Source: Chloroflexota bacterium (GTDB lineage Bacteria; Chloroflexota; Anaerolineae; B4-G1). From it: a DNA stretch of 11,397 nt. A program made the translations under genes and the position numbers. The notes under the pieces are model-generated. The model did not search any database. It had not been told where the DNA came from and saw nothing but the letters and a program-made list of their open reading frames with translations. Where the stretch lies: NCBI GenBank assembly GCA_030596915.1, contig JAUVSX010000049.1:1-11397 (forward strand), read 5' to 3'. Of this stretch, positions 1 to 5,733 are shown piece after piece. Every line of letters begins with the position of its first letter. Positions within the stretch are counted from its first letter, which is position 1.

Positions 1-1347
1 GCCTGCATCCTGCTGTTCCTCGGCCTCAGATACTGGCCAGTCGCCGTGGTCCTGGCACTGCTGTGGATCGGTTGGTATGGGGTCTACGCGGCCAGCAACC
101 TGAGCTTTGGCGCTGTTACGGTAGTCATGTTATGTGGCGTCGTGCCGGCGTGCGTCCTTCTCGTCCTCGGTCTCATCTTGGTGTCGGGATACTTGTTTCC
201 GCCATCGTCTGACAACCTACGATGGAAGGCCCTTCGTGCTCTGCTAACCTTCACGATAGGCACTAACCATCCCTACTACGCCGTCGTCAGTCACGGCGAT
301 GAAGAGAACGAGCTGACGGAGCGCGCTGGCGGCCAGGCGTATCTCAGGGCGCCTGGCATCCCAGGAGGGAACCTGGCCGTCGGACCTGGTCTGGTGCTTA
401 CCGGCTGCGACCACGCCGTCGTCCTCAGCGACGGGCTGAGCCTCAAGGGTGTCCACGGCCCTGGTCTGGTGTTCACCGACACGGGGGACCGGCCCATCCA
501 GACGATCGATCTGCGGCCGCACTACCGTGACTTCGTCGTCAAGGGTGTGACCAAGGATGGCATCCGAGTTGCTGTCGGAGTGTTTGTCGTGTTCGAACTG
601 GACCGTGGCGAGGAGAGACCCACCTCAAGCCGTCCTTTCCCGTACCGGGAGCGGGCAGTGTTTGCCGCTCTGCAAGCGCAGCGCATGCAGCATCTGCCCG
701 ATGAAGTGAGGGAGCGCCGGTGGTACGATCTGCCTGAGCTGGGCGCCCGGCGTGCCCTCCAGGATATCATAGCCGGCAACCCGTTCGACAAGTTGTACCA
801 GGCGCATAGGAGTTCCGCGCCGGACAGACACGGGTCCAGCGGCCTGGAGGGGCATCGGGACCGCAGGATCGTGGGAGATTCGGCCACGTCCGATGAAGAC
901 GCGCGCTCAAGGGTCGTCGGAGAGTTTCGGGCGAGACTGACGGCTGATCTCGCACCCACGGGGATTCGGGTCGTCGACGCGGGCATCACCAATATCCTGC
1001 CCGTCGACGGCGAGGCTGTGCTCAGCCAGCGGATACAAAGCTGGCAGGCCGGTTGGGTGCAGCGGATCATGCTCCGGCAGGCGGAGGGCCAGGCAGAGCG
1101 GCTTAGGCTCGTGGCCGAGGCGCGGGCGCGAGCGCAGGAAGCGCTGATACTTGGCCTCGGCAAGCGTCTGCTGGACATGCACGAGCCTGGCTCGCCTGTC
1201 CCTGCCGAGGACGTTGCCAGATGGTTCCTGGAAGTGCTGCGAGAGATGGCATACCGTCCATCGGTCTTGCCTTTGCTGCCGCAGGAGACTACTGACACAA
1301 TGGAGCAAGTCCTGCGGAAGCTCAAGGACGCGCGTGACCACGCCTAG
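1..1347 (+). CDS. SPFH/band-7 (stomatin/flotillin/HflK-HflC-like) membrane protein, paralog 1; probably 5'-partial, since the frame is open back to nt 1 and the GTG at 46 is only the first in-window start
   Basis: The frame is open from 1 to the TAG at 1345-1347. The N-terminus is hydrophobic (LALLWIGWYGVYAASNLSFGAVTVVMLCGVVPACVLLVLGLILVSGYLF), giving 1-2 TM helices. The core 'GPGLVFTDTGDRPIQTIDLRPHYRDFVVKGVTKDGIRVAVGVFVVFEL' matches the SPFH/band-7 pattern (PGlhf.iP.id.v..vDLR.q.ldv..q.v.TkDnv.v.vdavv.y.v). The C-terminus is Ala/Glu/Arg/Gln-rich and coiled-coil-like (QAEGQAERLRLVAEARARAQEAL), as in flotillins. It is clearly paralogous to the C-terminal third of the next gene. No SD is visible before the GTG at 46. 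Confidence 0.8.
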   Translation, partial: ACILLFLGLRYWPVAVVLALLWIGWYGVYAASNLSFGAVTVVMLCGVVPACVLLVLGLILVSGYLFPPSSDNLRWKALRALLTFTIGTNHPYYAVVSHGDEENELTERAGGQAYLRAPGIPGGNLAVGPGLVLTGCDHAVVLSDGLSLKGVHGPGLVFTDTGDRPIQTIDLRPHYRDFVVKGVTKDGIRVAVGVFVVFELDRGEERPTSSRPFPYRERAVFAALQAQRMQHLPDEVRERRWYDLPELGARRALQDIIAGNPFDKLYQAHRSSAPDRHGSSGLEGHRDRRIVGDSATSDEDARSRVVGEFRARLTADLAPTGIRVVDAGITNILPVDGEAVLSQRIQSWQAGWVQRIMLRQAEGQAERLRLVAEARARAQEALILGLGKRLLDMHEPGSPVPAEDVARWFLEVLREMAYRPSVLPLLPQETTDTMEQVLRKLKDARDHA

Positions 1348-1417
1348 CATCCCCGGACAGGCTGCTCCTTGGCAGGTTGTCGCACCGAAGCGGCTGGGGT
1401 ACTCCGCTCGCCTTGCG

Positions 1418-4400
1418 ATGCTCGGGCTCGTCTTTATCCCTATCGTGCTACTCAGCGTGCTGGCGGAAGCTGGCATTCAAGGCGTGCCGGTTGCAGACAT
1501 CATGTCCAGGCTCACCCGCGGGTCCAGCAGGCTCAAGTCTGCTCGGATGGACGAAAGTGTCTGGCGGGCCTACCGAGTCGACAGTGAGGGTGATGTGGGA
1601 CGCTATGCATCGTCGGCTCTCGATACGGGAACCGGCGTGTTGCACGTAGGTTATCGCGACGAGACGAATGGCGACCTCAAGTACGCGCGGCGCGACGGAG
1701 AGTTGTGGCAGGTCCAGACCGTGGATGGCGGGGGGGATGTAGGCGCGTATGCCTCGCTGGCGCTCGATCCCAGCGGACTCCCGCGGATCGCCTACGTTGA
1801 CATCACGAACCAGCGGCTGAAGTATGCCTCTTGGGACGGAGCCGCGTGGCGCGTACAGACGGTGGTGGACACGGGCGCCCTCGGGCAGTATGCGTCGCTG
1901 GCTCTCGACGCGAGCGGCCGTCCGCACATCGCGTACTACGACGGCGTGAACGGTGACCTCGTGTACGTACGGCAGGACGGCGCGATGTGGCAATCGCAGA
2001 CCGTCGACAGCTCGGGAGATGTCGGTCAGTATGCCTCCCTGGCTCTGGACAGCGTCGGCAACCCCCACATCGCCTACTATGATGCCACCATGGGTGCGCT
2101 GAAGTACGGCGTCTGGGACGTGAACGGGTGGCAGCTTCTGATCGTGGACGGCGCCAATGATGACGTGGGGCTCTATGCGTCTCTAGTGCTCGACGACTCT
2201 GGAGTCGCCAGCGTCAGCTACTATGACAGGACGAACGGAGACCTGAAACTGATCTACGCGAGTGAGCAGGGTTGGACGGCTCAGGCAGTGGATAGCGCCG
2301 GCGATGTCGGTCCCTATTCGTCGATGGCCCTCGACTCTGGAGGCTATCCCTGCATCAGCTACTTTGACACCAGCAATGACCACTTGAAATACACCTGTTG
2401 GCGGGCGGGAGGCTGGCAGACCTGGACGGTGAATGGCTCCGAGGAGGTGGGCGTGTTCTCGTCCCTCGCTCTCGACCCTGTCAACGGATGCCCTCACATC
2501 AGCTACTACGATAGGATCGCGGGCGATCTTCGACACGCCACTCAGGCCAGAGGCGCTTGGGAGATCGATCTTGTAGATGGGGAGGGGGACGTAGGCTACT
2601 CCGCATCAGTTGGGCTGGCCCCTGAGAGCGGGCACGCGCGAATTAGCTACTATGACAGATATCCCCGGCACGACCTCAAGGTCGCTTCCTGGGACGGGAC
2701 AGGCTGGGCCATTGAGGTCGTTGACGCAGTCGGGGACGTGGGCAGCCACAGCTCGCTAGCGATCGGGAACTCTGGGCGTGCGCATATCGCGTACTCTGAC
2801 GGGACGATTGGCTCTCTCAGGGTCGCTATCTCAAGTGAGTCGGGGTGGCACAGGCAGACGGTAGCGGGCGGCCCCGGGATTGGAGAGCATGCCTCGTTGG
2901 CCCTCGATTGGCAGGAGCAGCCGCGCATCGCAGACTATGACAGCTCGAGCCGTGCGCTGATCTACGCGCGGTGGCACGGAGTGGCGTGGCAGATCGCGAC
3001 GGTGGACCAGAGCGCGGATGTGGGGCGCTATGCATCCCTCGCGCTCGATGGAGCAGGATTCCCGCGAATCGCATACTACGACGAAGCAAACGGCGAGCTG
3101 AAGTACGCGGACTGGCTTGGCACGAGCTGGCGGACCCAAGTTGTGGACAGCGCGGGCGATGTGGGGAAGTACGCAGCTCTGGCCCTTGATCGTAGCGGGA
3201 GCCCTCACGTAGCGTACCTCGACAACAAGGCGCTCGACCTGAAGTACGCTTTCTGGGATGGAGCAGAATGGCAGGTGCAGACGGTGGATGGCGGCGGCAG
3301 GGTGGGGCTGTACGCTTCCATCGCGCTCGACGGCCACGATAATCCGCGCATAGCATACTACGACGAGAGCCAAGCGACCCTGAAGCTGGCCACTTGGGAC
3401 GGCAGGGCCTGGTCCATCCAGACGGTGGACCGGGCAGGGGATGTTGGCAGACACGCGTCGCTGGCAGCGGACTCCCGAGGCCTGTTGCAGGTCGCATACT
3501 GCGAACATCTAGGGCCGGCCTGGCCGGGGGTCATTCGCAACGCTGGTCTTGCCGTTCTGGCGATGGTGCTTGTTCCGATACTAGCTTCGCGCTTCATGCG
3601 AGCGCTGTATGGGTTGGATAGCCTGAGCGATGCCTACGCCCATTTGCACAGGAGCGTGTTTGGGTTGAGCGGCGTGCGCCCGCTGTTGCTCGTACGCGAG
3701 GGGCGATTGGCCACGGACGGTGACGAGCCAGCGGCTCGCTTGGGGGGGCCGAGCAACCTGATCGCCTACAACGATAGTGCGGTGGTCGCGGAGCAGGGGG
3801 GGCGCTTGACGCGCGTGCTCGGCCCAGGTGTCCATCGGCTTAGGGCTTTCGAGAGGGTCTGGGTGAGCGTAGACTTGCGACCCCAGAGTCGACGGTTCCG
3901 CCTCCTGGCGATGACTGTTGAGGGCATCTGGGTAGCGTGCAAGGGCGAGGTGGCGTTCAGGATCCTAGGCGGCTCCAAGGCACCGACCGACAAGATGCCG
4001 TATCCCTACACGGATAAGGCTGTGGTCAGGGCGGCGATGGCTACTTGGGTCCGGGAGGCTGGCGACGATATTGAACCGGACTCCGAGCCGTGGAAGGTGA
4101 AATGGCCGGCCCGCATTGTCGGAGGGGAAAAGGGCGGCCCGTCCGCCTTGGACAGACCGTCCATCACCGAGGGCGCACGCAAATCCCCAGGCGTTGTCGG
4201 GCTCACGGAAAGGATGTTGCGCGACCTGATCAGCCGGTATCGGCTCGACGACCTTGTCGTGCCACAGCGACCGGGCTCACGTCAACCGCGTCAGGTGATC
4301 CGCGACGAGTTGACCAGGCGGCTTCGGCCCGCGGCGGCAAGTGTGGGCGTCGAGATCATCAGAGTCGAGCTGGACGAATTCGAGGTGGACGAGAGAGTCT

Positions 4401-4738
4401 CGGATCAATGGATCAAGGCGTGGCAGGCGGAATGGCAGCGGGATGCGATGTTTGTCCAGGCCGAGGGGGAGGCGCAGTTGGCGACCATCGACGCCGCCCA
4501 GACACGGGCTCAGGTTCAGATGATCCGCACGCTGGTGGAAAGGCTGCAACCGCTAGTCAAGGTACGGGAGCAGGCGGCGGTATACGAGGTTGCTGTCCGG
4601 CTAGTCGAGACTCTTCGCTGGATGTCGTTCGATCCGGTAACCCGAGCCTTCCTCCCTCCGGAAGCTCTCCAATCGCTGCAGGAACTGGAAGACAGTCTGT
4701 CAACCGGGCAGGCGCACGCCCAACCGGGTGCGAAATGA
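1418..4738 (+). CDS. Large membrane protein: N-terminal signal anchor, 14-blade beta-propeller-like repeat ectodomain, single TM helix, C-terminal SPFH/band-7 domain with coiled coil (paralog 2)
   Basis: The ORF-track frame 1151..4738 overlaps gene 1 with Cys/Arg-rich junk. The first canonical start after gene 1's stop is the ATG at 1418-1420, in frame (MLGLVFIPIVLLSVLAEAGIQG, a hydrophobic signal/anchor). No ATG/GTG/TTG occurs in frame between 1349 and 1418. Residues about 148-786 are 14 tandem copies of a 47-aa repeat. A TM helix (AGLAVLAMVLVPILASRF) lies at about nt 3540-3600. The downstream segment 'GPGVHRLRAFERVWVSVDLRPQSRRFRLLAMTVEGIWVACKGEVAFRILG' is an SPFH core that aligns with gene 1. 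The coiled-coil tail is 'QAEGEAQLATIDAAQTRAQVQMIRTLVERLQ'. The stop is the TGA at 4736-4738. Confidence 0.85.
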   Translation: MLGLVFIPIVLLSVLAEAGIQGVPVADIMSRLTRGSSRLKSARMDESVWRAYRVDSEGDVGRYASSALDTGTGVLHVGYRDETNGDLKYARRDGELWQVQTVDGGGDVGAYASLALDPSGLPRIAYVDITNQRLKYASWDGAAWRVQTVVDTGALGQYASLALDASGRPHIAYYDGVNGDLVYVRQDGAMWQSQTVDSSGDVGQYASLALDSVGNPHIAYYDATMGALKYGVWDVNGWQLLIVDGANDDVGLYASLVLDDSGVASVSYYDRTNGDLKLIYASEQGWTAQAVDSAGDVGPYSSMALDSGGYPCISYFDTSNDHLKYTCWRAGGWQTWTVNGSEEVGVFSSLALDPVNGCPHISYYDRIAGDLRHATQARGAWEIDLVDGEGDVGYSASVGLAPESGHARISYYDRYPRHDLKVASWDGTGWAIEVVDAVGDVGSHSSLAIGNSGRAHIAYSDGTIGSLRVAISSESGWHRQTVAGGPGIGEHASLALDWQEQPRIADYDSSSRALIYARWHGVAWQIATVDQSADVGRYASLALDGAGFPRIAYYDEANGELKYADWLGTSWRTQVVDSAGDVGKYAALALDRSGSPHVAYLDNKALDLKYAFWDGAEWQVQTVDGGGRVGLYASIALDGHDNPRIAYYDESQATLKLATWDGRAWSIQTVDRAGDVGRHASLAADSRGLLQVAYCEHLGPAWPGVIRNAGLAVLAMVLVPILASRFMRALYGLDSLSDAYAHLHRSVFGLSGVRPLLLVREGRLATDGDEPAARLGGPSNLIAYNDSAVVAEQGGRLTRVLGPGVHRLRAFERVWVSVDLRPQSRRFRLLAMTVEGIWVACKGEVAFRILGGSKAPTDKMPYPYTDKAVVRAAMATWVREAGDDIEPDSEPWKVKWPARIVGGEKGGPSALDRPSITEGARKSPGVVGLTERMLRDLISRYRLDDLVVPQRPGSRQPRQVIRDELTRRLRPAAASVGVEIIRVELDEFEVDERVSDQWIKAWQAEWQRDAMFVQAEGEAQLATIDAAQTRAQVQMIRTLVERLQPLVKVREQAAVYEVAVRLVETLRWMSFDPVTRAFLPPEALQSLQELEDSLSTGQAHAQPGAK
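1592..3507 (+). repeat. 14 tandem, diverged copies of a roughly 141-bp coding repeat (about 47 aa each) within CDS 1418..4738; predicted beta-propeller blades
   Basis: The protein-level consensus is D-V-G-x-Y-A-S-L-A-L-D-x-S-G-x-P-H-I-A-Y-Y-D-x-x-N-G-D-L-K-Y-A-x-W-D-G-x-x-W-x-x-Q-T-V-D-x-x-G. Copies 1 and 2 begin at nt 1592 and 1736 (GAT GTG GGA / GAT GTA GGC). The last copy ends '...RGLLQVAYCEH' at about 3507. Each copy has four short segments rich in beta-branched and aromatic residues (YASLALD / PHIAYYD / LKYAxWDG / WxxQTVD), as expected for a 4-stranded propeller blade. Fourteen copies fit two 7-bladed propellers. Confidence 0.8.
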
Positions 4739-4740
4739 CC

Positions 4741-4775
4741 CCTCTGGACGGGCGCGAGGCCGCCGTCGTCCTCAG
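4741..4775. terminator. GC-rich imperfect hairpin between convergent genes; a possible bidirectional terminator with no U-tract
   Basis: ggacg (4746-4750) pairs with cgtcc (4767-4771) around a GC-rich loop (ggcgcgaggccgccgt) that can form further G-C pairs. It sits in the 54-nt gap between the TGA of the + gene (4738) and the TAG of the - gene (4793-4795). No T-rich tail follows. Confidence 0.2.
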
Positions 4776-4792
4776 AACGGCCAGCCTGACCG

Positions 4793-5629
4793 CTACTTGA
4801 TGACGAATTGCGCAATACCCTCCAGGCGCGTCTCGATGAACACGCGGATCTCGTAGTTCCCCAGTTGCCACCCTGCTATCGGCTGACAGGTGACGGAGGT
4901 CTGGCCCTGCTCTCCCCAGACTCGGCCCTCCACAAGATCCCAAAGCCAGGTTCCGGAACACACCTCCAAGAGTTCACCCTCCTGATACCACGCGACAGTC
5001 ACGGGCACCCCCGCATCCATTCCTTCGTGCTGAAAGAACAGATATACGAGATGATGACCCGGAGGGAACTCCTTGCCAGGATCCACGGGGAGGCCGTCGG
5101 CATCCACCTGGGTGGCGAGCGCCAGCAACTGAATACGCGAGTCTTCGCGGGCCGGCAGCGCCGATGGGATGGGTGTCAGCGCCGTGTCTGGAGGGCGAAC
5201 GGTCGGCGTCGGCGTCGGTATTGGCGGAGGCGTCGCTGTGGGTCGTCGGGTCGGTGTTATCGTGGGTATCTGGGGCGGCGTCGCCGTTGGCCGTCGTGTA
5301 GCGGTGGGTGTGGTTATGGGTGTCTCAGATGGCACCGGCACGGGCGTAGGGGTCGGCGTGGACGTCAGGAGCGGCGTAACCGTAGGAGGGCTCGGAAGGA
5401 CGTAGGCCACGAATGAAGGAACGAGGAGCAAGACAATGGCCACAGACGGCAGCACCGCGGACACCAAGAGCCACCGTGTGGCGCGGCTGAACGCAGCACG
5501 GCGCACCGCGTAGTATGCAGCACGGCGCGCCTTCGTGAACTCGGCCAGTGCCAGCCCGATGGGGATCAGTGTGAGTGCGAACAGCAGGTACGCCAGCCAA
5601 CGCACGAATACTAGCACTTGAGCGCTCAA
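4793..5629 (-). CDS. Hypothetical membrane protein: two N-terminal TM helices, a Pro/Thr-rich low-complexity linker and a C-terminal domain of about 110 aa with unknown function
   Basis: A 278-aa ORF on the - strand. TM1 is VLVFVRWLAYLLFALTLIPIGLALA. A basic loop (KARRAAYYAVRRAAFSRATR) follows, then TM2 (LLVSAVLPSVAIVLLLVPSFVAYVL), then a PT-rich stretch (TPTPTPVPVPSETPITTPTATRRPTATPPQIPTITPTRRPTATPPPIPTPTPT), then a Trp-rich globular tail. The start is a TTG at 5627-5629, about 10 nt after a GAGG; an alternative GTG lies at 5615-5617. The stop is the TAG at 4793-4795. Third codon positions are G/C-biased in this frame. Confidence 0.6.
   Translation of the reverse strand: MSAQVLVFVRWLAYLLFALTLIPIGLALAEFTKARRAAYYAVRRAAFSRATRWLLVSAVLPSVAIVLLLVPSFVAYVLPSPPTVTPLLTSTPTPTPVPVPSETPITTPTATRRPTATPPQIPTITPTRRPTATPPPIPTPTPTVRPPDTALTPIPSALPAREDSRIQLLALATQVDADGLPVDPGKEFPPGHHLVYLFFQHEGMDAGVPVTVAWYQEGELLEVCSGTWLWDLVEGRVWGEQGQTSVTCQPIAGWQLGNYEIRVFIETRLEGIAQFVIK
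5222..5325 (-). repeat. Imperfect tandem duplication of about 48 bp (16 aa) inside the Pro/Thr-rich linker of CDS 4793..5629
   Basis: The encoded 'RRPTATPPQIPTITPT' is followed directly by 'RRPTATPPPIPTPTPT'. On the + strand this reads as GT-rich 'gcgtcgctgtgggtcgtcgg...' then 'gcgtcgccgttggccgtcg...'. It is a low-complexity PT linker typical of secreted and cell-surface proteins of high-GC Gram-positive and Chloroflexi bacteria. Confidence 0.5.
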
Positions 5630-5679
5630 CTCTTTGCTGCCTCAGCGGTCAGGATCAGAGGGCCGTCGAAATCGCTGAT

Positions 5680-5708
5680 ACTCTATCACAGAATCCAGGT
5701 TCTGCCCA
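5680..5708 (-). promoter_or_regulatory. Candidate sigma70-type promoter for the membrane-protein gene at 5629: -35 TGGGCA, 17-bp spacer, extended -10 TGaTAGAGT
   Basis: The minus strand reads '...cTGGGCAgaacctggattctgTGaTAGAGTatcagcg...'. The -10 is at + 5680-5685 and the -35 at + 5703-5708. It lies in an unusually A+T-rich patch of the 104-nt gap between the uvrC stop (5734) and the next start (5629). The match to consensus is partial: 4/6 at each hexamer, plus a TGn extension. Confidence 0.2.
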
Positions 5709-5733
5709 GCGGGCACAGCCGGATACGGATCGG

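Noticed and set aside
1151-1417. An ATG at 1151 as the start of the large propeller-SPFH ORF, as listed in the ORF track
   Set aside because: This segment overlaps the 3' end of gene 1 in another frame and translates to Cys/Arg-rich junk (CWTCTSL...CCERWHTVHRSCLCCRRR). Gene 1's frame carries the conserved SPFH coiled coil here. The first canonical start after gene 1's stop is the ATG at 1418.
522-1476. Minus-strand ORFs 522..1325 (267 aa) and 907..1476 (189 aa) antisense to gene 1
   Set aside because: These are high-GC shadow ORFs. They are Ser/Arg/Cys/Pro-rich with no domain features, lie antisense to a well-supported SPFH CDS, and lack the G/C bias at third codon positions of the sense frame.
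2826-3508. Two overlapping minus-strand ORFs (223 and 225 aa) inside the propeller repeat region
   Set aside because: They are antisense to the repeat-coding frame. Arg/Pro/Ala-rich translations are typical of shadow frames in GC-rich DNA. The sense frame has a clear, periodic repeat structure.
4090-4800. A 236-aa + strand ORF overlapping the C-terminus of the propeller-SPFH gene
   Set aside because: It is out of frame with a confirmed CDS, gives a Gly/Arg-rich low-complexity translation, and has no start-site signals.
4808-5416. A 202-aa + strand ORF and the Gly/Val-rich 78-aa ORF 5169..5405
   Set aside because: They are antisense shadows of the PT-rich membrane protein gene. The GV-rich peptide is simply the complement reading of the Pro/Thr codons.
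5630-5733. A possible tRNA or small RNA in the only intergenic gap longer than 100 nt
   Set aside because: There is no cloverleaf, and neither a T-loop (GGTTCGAAT-like) nor an anticodon-arm pattern. The sequence is better explained as a promoter/5'-UTR region.
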